Positions 52,701-64,000 of a DNA stretch of 64,000 bases are shown here, piece after piece. Source of the stretch: Saccostrea cucullata. Lineage: Eukaryota. The position numbers and the translations under genes are program-made. Every line of letters begins with the position of its first letter. Position 1 is the first letter of the stretch. Location of the stretch: the NCBI RefSeq assembly GCF_032062105.1, contig NW_026934500.1, forward strand, positions 310,001-374,000, read 5' to 3'. The notes beneath the pieces were generated by a model, which was not told the DNA's origin, searched no databases, and was given only the letters and a program-made list of their open reading frames with translations.

Positions 52701-55700
52701 GTTCCCTCTTTACGGATGATAACAATTAGAACCCCATTTTACAGATGATAACATATAAAGTACAATAAGTGCCACATTTTACAGATGATAACATTAAGTG
52801 CCACATTTTACAGATGATAAAAATTAGTGGAATATAACAATTTAACAATATGGATTTAACATTTCATACCATATTTTACAGATAGTTCCACTCTGTAATA
52901 CATTTTACAGATGATTACAATTAGTACCAAATTTTTCAGATGCCTAAGAAATGAATCAGATTCCTATGAAAGTGTCAGGGTATATTTAAGGAAAGCTTAC
53001 AAAAGACTAGGACCCATGACGTGAGTATAATTTAATCATTTTTATAAACTTGGAGTAAAATCTGTACATAAACAATAGTTTCTGAAAAGATTTTATTTTA
53101 ATCAATGCCATTCCCTTTTCACTGTCTACATTGATATGAATACCTCAGATTTCAGGAGATCGTTGTATTGGTTGTGTTTATTGTCCTAGCCTTGCTGTGG
53201 ATGACGCGGCAGCCACAGGTCGTACCGGGATGGGGAGCGCTCTTTGAATCAGGGTAACTTTAATGTCAACCCATACATACTTACATGTGAGCTTCAACTC
53301 ATGTATTCTATTGCAACTTCACAACTAATTTACTTTTAAATAGGTACACTGGGGATAGCATCCCTGCAGTATTCGTTGCAGCTTTCCTATTTGCTTTTCC
53401 ATCCCATATTCCGTGGATGAAAAAAGGTAATATTTTAACACAAATCGTGCATCAATATATATTTCGATAACAAATATCCCACTCTTCTCCTGACGGGAGC
53501 AAAAAGTTTGTCTTCATGTTTCTAGCTCACAAGATCCAAATGCTAAAAATGAGAATTTTTTTTATCTCCATCGTATGTCCTTTAGGCCTCAATCGTAAAT
53601 GTGATTTTTCCATTTTTTGCCTTTTTAGATCAAGAACTAGAAGATCGATTTTACCGACGGAAGCTTCTTGACATAATGTAGATTCAAGCTTTTTAAAATT
53701 ATGACACCAAGGGGTAGGGTGGGCCACATCTATGCTAAGTCGTATTGACATGGTAGCATCCTCATGTAGTGTTGATTTAAATTTATTCAAATCCTGACCC
53801 CTGGAGTAGGGAGGGGGCAAAATGGATGAACAATTTTTTAAATTTTCGAAAGTAATATACAATGTTTATGTATAACATCTTCTCCTCAAGATCATAAAGT
53901 TATATACTAATGATATGAATGTATCCTCTAATAGTATAAAATTATCCTCCCTTCAAAGTGAATTTTTACTGAAATGATTTGTGCTTTTTCTAAGTGCAAA
54001 AGTGAGCGATGGGGCCCATGGTTTTCTTGTTTATAGCAGATTTACTATTTTCATAGTTGATTGAAGGCTGTGTTTGTGTTTTAAGAGACGAGAAGCGATG
54101 AGGAGGAAGGCACAACTGTTGAGGATATCTCTTTCGAGGAAAAATGGAAGTTCCAGCCTCTGTTGGACTGGGAGACGGTGAATCAAAAGATTCCATGGGG
54201 TGTTCTACTACTGATGGGCGGAGGGTTCGCAGTGGCCGCGGCCTGCGAGGTAAAAGACAACTTGCACTTCTTGGTAAAACGTTATCTTGCATCTGTATGT
54301 TCAACTTTTCTTTAATAAGAACGTACACCTTCAATCTAATTCTTTATTAAGCAGTAAAACAAAAGAAAAATATTTCCAAATTTTGCCAATTATTATATTT
54401 ATAATTCCAATTGAAAGGGTTCAGGACCCTGTACCAAAGTAGGTCAATTAATCCCTGGTATACCTAATTACACTTACATTATCAATATACCTAATTTATT
54501 TGCAGTCTTCCGGCTTGTCAGAGTGGGTTAGTGACCAACTGGCTATTGTAATGAAGAGCCTGTCAACGTATACGGCAGCGCTTCTTCTTTCGATCATGGT
54601 GGCTTTAGCGACCAATGTGACGAGTAACTCTGCCACAGCCACTCTCTTCCTTCCAATCGTCGGTGAACTGGTATGTTGCAACAAGTCTCGTGAAAATCTG
54701 CTTTGATTGAATTTTGGTGATGACAAAACCCGTTTTTTTTTTCTTTGGTATTTTTTTGTAAACTAATAATATTGGACGTGCGAAATTGAGGTTCTTTTTT
54801 ATGAATCAAACATCGGAAACCAATAATCATCTATTAAATTACTTTCATAGAAGGAAGAGACCTTTATGTATTATAATTTATAAAGGTTAAAATATGATAC
54901 AAATCTATATTTGAAATATTAAGTATTTAAAGAATGTCATTTTACTTTATTTTCAGCTGAAAATGAATTGATGCGCCATGTCTCGATATTATATTTTTAA
55001 ATTTTAGGCAATTGAATTAGGAGTGCATCCACTTTCCTTCATGATTCCAGTAGCGATCTCATGTTCTTTTGCATTCATGTTACCTGTGGGGACCCCACCT
55101 AATGCCATTGTATTTTCTACAGGTTACCTGAAGGTCAAAGATATGGTATGTGTGTTAATCATATGTATGGTAAAGTAATGATTGGAAATAATTCTTTCCT
55201 AAATGTTTAATGCGTAAGTTTCATATTTATACCCCCGCTTGAAAAAGTGGTAGGTTATACATGCACAGTGATCGGGATTTCTAGTTGTACGTCCGTCCGT
55301 CTGTACCTATCTTTTATCTGCAACTCCTCACATATAACAATGGATGAAATTTAATGAGACTAAATAATACATGCAACATAGTGCCTTTGTGTGCCTTCTG
55401 TTATAAAGATGGACAAAATGTTAATAACAAACATGGACACAGCAATTCTTTTTATAATAGTGTAACTATCCTTTGTGTACCTTCTATCTGAATAAAATTT
55501 TAAGAAATTTTTATATTGGACACATATTAAACAAGGTTTTTATTTTTAGCTTTAAGATGAACACTGCAATTCTTTGCCATTATAATTATTGAACTGTGAG
55601 CAATGAGCTCACTAATATCTCCCATATGATTATAATGACAACATGTTTTCCTCCAAAATATATGTCAGATCAAAAATTGCAATATGTAATAAAGATTCTG

Positions 55701-56255
55701 TGAAAGTTTCATCAAATTTTCACAGATGCTTCATAACATACTAGTTAAACAATTGTGCATCTTCTATTTTAAGTTTTTGATCTGAATCATTTCTTTAAAT
55801 GAAGCTTGAAAATTAAATCTTTTCATGCAACAATTTTCATTATAGCCTCTCATGGACTTTGGCTAATTTCATAATTATAAAGGAGGCGGGATAAAAATTT
55901 CTACTTTTAATTAGAGCTAAGAAGTTCAAGACTTTTTGAATTAAATTATAAATTAAAGATTTTAAACATATCTTCAGGTACATGAAAGTTTCTAACCTTA
56001 TTATAACCTTTATTTATCTTTATATAGGTGATTGCCGGTTCATTCATAAATTTAGTCACAGTGATGGTTTTGATTCTGGCAATGGTGCTGTGGGTTACAC
56101 CATTTTACAATTTAAACGAGTTTCCAGCAGGGTTTTTGACGGCAAAAATGAATGGAACAGTTACTGTACATTATAATGGAACAGGCTTTGATCCGAGCAA
56201 CATTACATTATTTAACGCAACAAATATTGTGTCATACAATGTCACATCGTTATAG
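37740..56255 (+). CDS. SLC13A: SLC13/DASS-family Na+-coupled di/tricarboxylate or sulfate transporter (Indy-like), 14 exons, ~635 aa
   Basis: Exons 37740-37859, 48265-48414, 49138-49253, 50059-50186, 50445-50568, 51764-51937, 52521-52652, 52940-53020, 53149-53253, 53344-53426, 54086-54249, 54506-54670, 55008-55145 and 56028-56255 join in frame (1908 nt). Motifs: [90 protein letters not shown]. The specific paralog cannot be assigned. Confidence 0.95.
39850..40700 (+). mobile_element. Degraded Penelope-like retroelement: RT C-terminal part plus 3' tail
   Basis: [22 protein letters not shown]...[12 protein letters not shown]...[10 protein letters not shown] with frameshifts, then the tail atgctcacccctccatggcacctgatcccacctc. 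Confidence 0.8.
42214..44437. mobile_element. 2.2-kb non-autonomous TIR element with 3-bp TSD (PIF/Harbinger-like)
   Basis: ata|tggccggttgcgtatct ... agatacgcaaccggcca|ata; subterminal ggtttaaa motifs at both ends; no intact transposase. Confidence 0.7.
43105..43265. repeat. ~161-bp hairpin palindrome with GCCGAAGGC apex
   Basis: taaggaataactgtcttatttttcgaattcatgaag...aaacgcc-gaa-ggcgttt...cttcatgaattcgaaaaataagacagttattcctta. Confidence 0.9.
44764..45224. mobile_element. 461-bp MITE, copy 1 (TIR ggtatcacaccggtaatt)
   Basis: 18-bp perfect TIR; nearly identical to 47204-47665. Confidence 0.9.
47204..47665. mobile_element. 462-bp MITE, copy 2
   Basis: Same orientation as copy 1; about 3 differences seen by eye. 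Confidence 0.9.
50575..50985. repeat. ~27-bp minisatellite (ccacaggggaaaaggttatacagtaa) at the start of SLC13 intron 5
   Basis: About 15 tandem units directly after the donor site. Confidence 0.9.
52705..52939. repeat. Minisatellite (attttacagatgataacaattagt) at the end of SLC13 intron 7
   Basis: About 6 degenerate units leading into the true acceptor at 52939. Confidence 0.8.
53523..54031 (+). mobile_element. Degraded Helentron/HINE-type element in SLC13 intron 10
   Basis: tagctcac 5' box, satellite monomer remnants, and 3' box gtgagcgatggggcccatggttttcttgtt. Confidence 0.7.
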
Positions 56256-58682
56256 ATTTTGTTAATAACCAACACGTGTTCAAAAACTTTGTATGTATAT
56301 ACGTCAGTATTTGGTGCATATATGTTGTAACAAACCAAAACTCCATTAATTCAACGATCATTTGCCAAAATTATAATTAGTACATTATGCAAAATTTGAC
56401 CGTTGTTATTGAGTGAAGAGTATTAAATTTTTGCTTAACTTTAATTTTTGGTGGTTTGCTTATGTTTCAATATACGTTGAATAAAATTTTTATTTATTAT
56501 TGATTATAACCAGCTCTGGTCATAATCTGAACAAGTTAAGTCCATTGATATACAATACTAGTATTTGATTCATACGAACTGTGACTGGAAGATATCTAAA
56601 AGATGGAATTAGTTTATTTTACTAAATGTAATTTAACATATATGCTTTAAATGCTTTATTTTAATCTACATACATATTCTTCAAATGTTGATGGTTTTTA
56701 CATGTACTTAAAATAGAGGAATAATAAAATCATTTATCGATAAAGTCAGCTTTCTAACTTTGAAATCCGATTGCTGACAGAATTATTTTTGTAAGTTACT
56801 TAAATCCTCCACATTTATTTTTATACATGACATTTTGTTCTGTGTCTTTCATAAAGTAAACATATCTTCACAACCAGTATCCAGACTTCACATTATGTTA
56901 TATAAATAGTCATGCTGGGTCTATGAAGAATGGTTACATCATCCAATAAGTGTGTTATATTTTATGTTAATCCTTGCCATTATAAATATGTTTGTTATTT
57001 ATTATAGTTTTATTTTTAATATATCATTCCTTTTTCTTCACACATAATTTAACATACTAGTATTTATAGCATAATATTCTTTTTTTTTTTAACTGTATAT
57101 GGTTGATATGTAAATTACATGCCAGATCACATATAATTGTGAAACAATGAACAAAAGATATGAACTTCCGCAAGAAAAATGATCACGTGTACTTATTAAA
57201 TTGTTAAAGGTATAGAATAATGTAGGAGGCATTGCTGACTAAGGTAAAGGGTGTTCATTGAATAGCTTTAATGCACTCAGAGAGTAGAGAGCATTTTTCG
57301 CTTTTTGTCCTTTTTTTATTTTTCAACAGTGCGTATAATGCTTTTTATTTTAAATTTGAATTCAATGAACTCGACGAATGTGTTATTTTTTTTATTCTGT
57401 GATTCAATTAATAAAATATATGATTTTGTAGAATAAGAATTTGTTCTGTGAACAAACATGTATTTTTATATTGTTAAACATTAAAAAAAAATTACATAAA
57501 TTATGAGAAAATGTCTCTTGTTGGTTTTTGTTCTTCTAGGTGATATTAATTGTGAAATTGAAAGACAGTTCCGTTTTGGGGTTTTCATTTACTTTATGTA
57601 CCTCTGTTATGTTGGATATTAATATTCTAATGACTGAAATATGTCAAATTGAACATAAAAGCTCTGTTCCAGTGTTATAATGTTTAAACACATCACATCC
57701 TATTTCATGCACTTTTTATTTAATAAACTGATTTGGGGCATTATTTTAAAAATATGACGTAAATTTCCGTATACAGTAATGTTTTTTTATTAATGAAAAA
57801 AGGAATACATGTAATCCCGTTTTATAGTAATACTTCCCCGAAAAAGGAACTGTTAGTGTACTCAACCTTTTTAAAGATTTCTATATTTCTTTCAATTCAT
57901 CTGGTTGAAAAATGGATAGTAGAGAAAAGGTGTTAAAATAAGAAAGTATATGTCACTGTTTGTCATTCTTATAATCGATGAATAGCTGTTCAGTTTCAGT
58001 CTTTCTTAAAATAAGTGAAAAGATTTTCTTTCGACTTTTTAAGTTTTTTCATGAGGTAAGTAAAAGGAGAATTCACAGTGATGGTCACCTTCAGGAGTAT
58101 TATGAGTTTTGCAAGATATAAGCGGGAGAGTATATAGTGATCGGGATGTCTGTCCGTTACGCACTGGTTAACCAATCTCTTATTCGCAAATTCTTTTATA
58201 CCCCATGATGAAATTTAATAAGACTTTCACAGATTCTTTGTTACATAAAGTCATTGTGCACCTCCTTTTCTATACTTTTTCATCGGAAAAAGTTTACGGG
58301 TTTCCCATAGCAAAACATGGATACGGCCATTTTTTCTATGATATTGAAGGGTACCCATCTCTTATCCGCAACTCCTCCTTTATCACTGAATAAAACTTTA
58401 TGATACCTTCACATATTCTTTATTACATTGTGACATTGTGCACCTCTTACTTTATCTTTTTATTTGACACTTATTTCAGGTCTCCCAAAGCAAAACATGG
58501 ACTTTGCCATTATATTTTTTTTTCTACTTTTTAAATTTTAACCTTTTAGGCATGGACCGTAGTTTTGTTTCAGCATAAGTTCTGTATACTGGGTTATCTC
58601 TTACCCGTTTTATTTCTGCCCTCTTTTGTTAACAGTAAATGAAAATAACAGAATCGTTTATATCACAGTGCCTTATGAGTGT

Positions 58683-60581
58683 TCAGGGGACATCACAGAG
58701 GCCCTGGTTACACACTGGGTGCCCCGTGGGACAGTCTGAACAGGGTGTTCCTTCGTAGTATGGCTCCATAGATTCGTTATAGCTGAAATAGACATTGAAA
58801 ATACATGCAAAGCAACTATATTGTCAGCAATTATTTTCTATTTTTTTTCTGCATTAAAATTTACTTAGGATAAATTATTAATTTTAAAAAATATTTTTTC
58901 AATATATTAAGAACAATTCAGGGATTAGCTGCAGATCTGTAGCGTTATGGTTTTATATATTTGTCTTTGACGTTATGGTCAAAGACAAATAAATAAGACC
59001 ATGCCGCTACAGATCTGCAGCTATTCAGGGATGTAACAGATATCAATGTGATTGGAGTAATATGACTGTCAAATACTGTGTATTGCATACCAATAAAACC
59101 TGTCTAAATACAAAAATGTAGACTTACCCGTCTCCATAGTTGCAAACGAAAATGTGTGCATTTTTATAATTACGTCCTTTTACCGTTTCACAAAGGGATG
59201 TCCCACAACCGATTGCAAATGAAACATCCTTTACCATCTACAACAAGTTAAAAGTAAAAAAAAAAAGTAACACGTATGAAAATTCTATTCTGTAAACCCA
59301 TGGTCGACCAATCAAACAAATGTACATTTCGGTTTGTTATTTACCTGAATGTAGTGACCACAGCCCTTTGGACAACCGTAAGGATTCCGATAATCATATT
59401 TATTTTTCTCTCCCCACCATCTGTGCAGGACTTTGGAAATGTTCAAAGGTACTGTAAATTAGTCAGTTATTATAAATGATATAGTTATCGTAAATATATA
59501 GTCGGTTATTATAGTTACTGTAAATGGTCGGTTATTATAGTGATTGTAAATAGTCGGTTATTATAGTAACTGTAAATGGTCGATTATTATAGTTACTGTA
59601 AACAGTCGATTATTATAGTTACTGTAACTGGTCGGTAATTATAATAACTGTAAATAGTCGGTTATTATAATAGTAACTGTAAATGGTCCGTTATTATTGT
59701 TATTGTATATAGCAATTAACACATTTTGAATCTACTGTTAGGTAGACCGATGTTGTAACTGATTAGGAAGTAAATTGCATGTTCTAAGAAAATAGATCTT
59801 AAAGTATTACGTGTCTTTTGGACAAGGACACCATCTTCATATTCTGCTACCCAATCCCAAGTGTGATGTATATTCTCGCCGATATTCCGGAAGTTTGCCC
59901 ATTTCCGTTTATGTCGGTCTGCATTGTGTGTACCAGAACACGTTTCTGCATACTTTTGGGCCATTTGTTCCAAAGTTGTGTCCCAGCTCTAAATGTTTAA
60001 TTTTTACTATACATGTATATATGTTGTACTAATGAACTGTTTTAATATATCTAGAGATGGTTATATACTAATAAAAAGTTCTTAATTACCATTTTCTTCA
60101 TGTTTGCTGCGCTAGGTGTAACACTTCTTCGTATCTTGTTATGCAAATCCACAATTTGTCTTTTTTGTGCTTCAGAAAGTCTCGATGCGGTGCTGCTAGA
60201 ATATGGTTTCTCTCTCGTGTCTTCTCTGTGTACAATTTTTTTCTGAGATCCCCATTGTCCAGAAAACGATCTGTCACTGTTAACGTTCAGACCTGTCGAA
60301 CTTTTCACTCTGTTCCGATTTGACGGATAAATGTTTTGCCTATTAAAAAGGACGGGGACATTTTCGGATGCTCGAGAGAGACTTCTTCGAGAGCTCCAGT
60401 TGATGGGGACTGTTTGATGTCGATTAATTTGATGAGCGTTACCTGCCAAGCTACTTCTGTGATGCATGTTTCGAGGGGAATGACTCGATCCTGTGTCATT
60501 CACCCAAGTAACTACCAGTGGCAATTTACACTGGCAAATTTCCACTGTCAGTGCCAAAAATATCCACAGAAAGCACCGCAT
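58683..60581 (-). CDS. Secreted CAP/SCP-superfamily protein (GLIPR/PI16/CRISP-like), ~328 aa
   Basis: Exons 60581-60090, 59988-59811, 59451-59345, 59237-59128, 58782-58683 join in frame. Signal peptide MRCFLWIFLALTVEICQC; motifs IVDLHNKIRR..P.AANMKKMSWD, GENI, WWGE, CGHYIQMV, IGCG, FVCNYG and the hinge PYYEGTPCSDCP...CNQGLC. A probable non-coding first exon ends near 61828. Confidence 0.92.
58926..59023. mobile_element. 98-bp all-hairpin MITE with 9-bp TSD in the last intron of the CAP gene
   Basis: ttcagggat|tagctgcagatctgtagcg...cgctacagatctgcagcta|ttcagggat. Confidence 0.85.
59452..59712. repeat. ~25-bp minisatellite (gtaaatagtcggttattatagttact) in a CAP intron
   Basis: About 10 tandem units abutting the acceptor at 59452. 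Confidence 0.9.
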
Positions 60582-60839
60582 TATCAGTCAATTTTCAATC
60601 AGCTGCCCTTGAATAAAATGTAATGTTCAAATAATAAAAATCCTGTTAAAAAATGAATATTTTTTTTATCTTTCTCTTGATATCAAATATATTATATATT
60701 TCCACGACATAACAATCCTGTGTTTTTTTTTATTAACAAGAGTATCCTTTATAAATTTTTATTTTAGAAGTTCCGTATTGTAGAGTTTTTTTCCTTTTTG
60801 TTAAAAACCAGAAAAGATTCCATTAACCTTAAAAAGTTA

Positions 60840-61784
60840 AATAAGAGGCTCACGGGCCTTAAAGGCTACCTAAGTATCATGTTACAACTTTCTAACAACT
60901 GACTTCGGTTCATGTCACAATTTTGAAAGAGGTCACTGCTCATCATAACTTTACATTGAGCATACTAGTACTCAAATGATTACTCATAACCCAAAGGCAG
61001 AGAAGAGGAACAAAGAATGCATTTCAACTATATAATCAGTAGTCCCCATCCCCTTCTACAGGAACCCCCTGACCCTGTGGCCATACATTTCACAATTTTG
61101 GAAAAGACACCCTTGCTCATCATGAATGTTTGATGAATACACTTAAAAAGGGGCAGATTTCAAAGCATTTATTCATTTTCAGTATACACCCAGGCGCCAT
61201 AAAATTCACAATCTTGGAAAAAGTATCCTTTTTCGCCATAACTTTGGACATATATAGTCCCGCCCTACCTTCAACTTACATTTTAGAAGAGGCATTCATG
61301 TTCATCATATCTACATATTTAGTTTGTTTGCTTATTACCCAGAGCAGGGAAGAATATTTTAAAAGAAATAATGTATTTTCACTGACAAGTATATTCTACA
61401 GAGACCCACCCTAGCACTAAAACTCCTGGCCCTGGGGCAATGAATTTCATAATTTTGGTAGAGGATTTAATACTTATAGCAAAAATTATGCCCACAGCTT
61501 GTCTGCTTGTTGTCCATACAGGAGTAACGTAGAATAATTTTAAAGATTGCATATATTTTGATGGTTTAGTCCCAGCCTCAGGCACCAGGGGGTGAGGGGC
61601 GATGGATTTAAAAATTTTACTCCCTTCCTTTCATAGATGCTTTATACCAAAATTGGTAGAAACTGGTTCAGTGGATTGTGAAAAGAAACTGAAAATATTT
61701 AAATGTTATCGCACAACGGACTACGAACGAAAACGGATAGCAATAGGTCACTTGGGTAAATTCAGTAAACTCAGATAACCTATA
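60840..61784 (-). mobile_element. Degraded Helentron/HINE-type element
   Basis: aataagaggctcacgggcctt terminal hairpin, satellite-like monomers (tttcacaattttgg), and terminal ataggtcactt...ctcagataaccta. Confidence 0.7.
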
Positions 61785-63084
61785 AATAATTAAGTAAATT
61801 AAGTAAAAATAAAGTTTCAAAAATTACCGTAACTGATGCCAAAGTATGATACAGCTTTCTCTGATGATCATCCTTTAACAACTCAATATATTGCTCATTA
61901 TCTCCATAGTCGAACATTGCACAACAGCATTATTACTTCTACATATATATATAAATAAGACCGACTCAAAAGTAAATTGTTAATCACTTCCCCGGTGACA
62001 AATACATGAAAAGTTGTCCAGCCATGGGCCTTTTTCTTCATGAATCACCATGTGAAACACTCAGTGCAAAATAGGTCGATGTGTATAATTACAAATGTAC
62101 TGGAAATTAATAAAACAGCTGCAGAAAGCGCAACTTGCTGTTTAAACAAAATCCATGATGTTTAAAATTTGCATGCTTGAAAAAAAAATTATGTTAATGA
62201 AATATCACATGCATTTGTTAACTTTTTTCAACAATTATTGAGTACATGTTGATGGAATGATTTAGATGTTTTCCTTGTTAGATTTAATATTTTTACCATT
62301 TTGTCGACCATAGGGATGTTCATTTCAATATGTAATATGTTACCTTCAGACATACATAGAGAACTGAGACAGTCAGTCAAAAGTCAGGGACTGATGTATT
62401 TAGTGTAAACAAGACATAATTTTCCATGTCAGTTTGCAGACAGTTCAAAGGTTAATAAGTTTTAAACATGGAAAGAAACAGGATATGAAAAACATTTTAA
62501 TGCAATGTCTTCTTATTTAAGGATAAATAACAAAAAAAAACTTCCAAAATTCAAATATATTTAGAAGAAGTATAAATTTGTTTATTTACGCAGGCCAAAG
62601 TAAAAAAAGATTCAATTGGTGAAAAGTGTGAAATCGCATCTTTACATCTCAATGCGTTACATTATGCATATGAAAAGTTTAAGAAAAGTATGAAATTTTC
62701 TTACTGCAAAAAATTCTGTAGAAATATTCAAAAGTCTATTTTCAAATTTAACACTTAAAATTTCTTAATTACATTACCATTTAAAGAAATGTATCGTAAA
62801 AATGTCAGTATAACTCTTATTTTTTAGGACTAGCCTTAACTAAAACAAGCGCTCACAATTCTGGAGGTAAACTTAAAATGTTTCAATGAGACCAAAAAAA
62901 AACCCCGTAGAACGAGTATTGATAATGATAATTTTAAAATATATGAACATTACATACAGTCGATAAAAATGCCTGTGTAATTCATACAAATGCAAAGTAA
63001 TCTGCTTAAAACCAACAGAAATCAAATATTTCTTTAAATCTCGATAAAAATAGATTGGTGAAATATTTTCATTCTGAACAGACA

Positions 63085-63308
63085 TCTCAGGTTCGAATTC
63101 CACTGTGGGACCTTTGTGGAGTCCTTCAGATAAACAGAGGTCCCGTGTCACAGTAGGTGCTGGTACGAAAAAGATCCCTCCATGCTCAATGGCCCTGAGT
63201 GAAGAGTATAGGAAAAAAATTGCAGTTCGCCACAGGCAAGTGGTGGCGTCTCCGTATGAGTGAAAAGTTCTCGAGAGGGACGTAAAACAATATATAATAA
63301 ATCAATCA
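63085..63308 (+). mobile_element. 5'-truncated tRNA-derived SINE
   Basis: B-box ggttcgaattccc, shared body (gaggtcccgtgtcacagtaggtg...gggacgtaaaacaa) and aatc tail. Confidence 0.7.
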
Positions 63309-63444
63309 TTCTGAACAGAAATTGAAGACAACTGTCGAATCAATCACTGGGATTGTGAAAAAAAAATACTGGGGTCAACAGAGAAGCCGATATTAAAATC
63401 TGTCAGCAGATAACTATCGCTGTCAATTCCAAGAAAGTTTCTCT

Positions 63445-63680
63445 CTGAAATCCCTGCTATGGAGTAGTTTGGTCTTGAAATCTTGCTATCAAGTAGTTTG
63501 GTCTTGAATTCTTGTTATCGAGTAGTTTTGGCGTTAATTCCAGCTATAGAGTGGTTTTTGGGCTTCAATTCCAGCTGACTAATTAGTTTGGGCTAAAATC
63601 CCACTTATCAAGTACTTTGGGCTTAAATTTCAATAAACGATTAGTTTGAGCTAAAACTCCAACTATCGATTAATTTGGGT
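63445..63680. repeat. ~28-bp degenerate minisatellite
   Basis: tatcaagtagtttggtcttgaaatcttgc-type units. Confidence 0.7.
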
Positions 63681-64000
63681 TGCTTCAGCCAGAAAGTCTC
63701 GTATGACATTAATGCTTCCCTCAAGAAAACCCATATAGCCTAAAAGTGAAGAAATACACACCAGAAACTGTAGCATTATTACTGAAAAACAACAAAGTAA
63801 TAAAATCAGAAATACATTCACAATATGTAGATGTAAGTAACATGACTTAGGCATACACAATTGACGAGGCAACGACCAAATTGAAAAATCTTAAACCAAA
63901 CCTGATGTTGTCTTACTAAGTGCATTTGCCACTGATATGGTTTTTATGGAACATACCTCTGAAGAAGATCATGGAAAAGCCAACTTCGTTATTTTGTCAT

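Noticed and set aside
59452-59712. CRISPR-like appearance of short tandem arrays (also 1981-2345, 50575-50985, 63445-63680)
   Set aside because: No unique spacers, no cas genes, and a eukaryotic intron/intergenic context.

Overview
AT-rich, intron- and repeat-rich eukaryotic DNA; the repeat families and gene types point to a bivalve mollusc, most likely an oyster (inference). Most ORFs in the track are spurious, and the real genes only appear after exons are assembled by hand. (1) About 0.3-27.8 kb, minus strand: three tandem paralogous genes for probably secreted proteins. Each has two 12-Cys three-finger (Ly6/uPAR-like) modules on a conserved exon scaffold (83/69/124/95-101/69 nt). In the second module a Thr-rich mucin-like segment sits inside the last loop, ending in a Gly + dibasic/furin site in paralogs B and C. 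Paralog C adds a second mucin block and a C-terminal IgGFc-binding-protein domain; paralog A may be truncated. (2) 37.7-56.3 kb, plus strand: a complete 14-exon SLC13/DASS (Indy-like) Na+-coupled anion transporter of about 635 aa. (3) 58.7-60.6 kb, minus strand: a CAP/SCP protein with 5 coding exons, about 328 aa. Introns and intergenic DNA hold degraded Penelope-like retroelements, Helentron/HINE-type satellite-bearing elements, tRNA-derived SINEs, several MITEs (Kolobok-, IS3EU- and Harbinger-like, plus a nearly identical pair with no TSD), long hairpin palindromes and minisatellites. An assembly gap lies at 19821-20087. No rRNA, bona fide tRNA or CRISPR array was seen.
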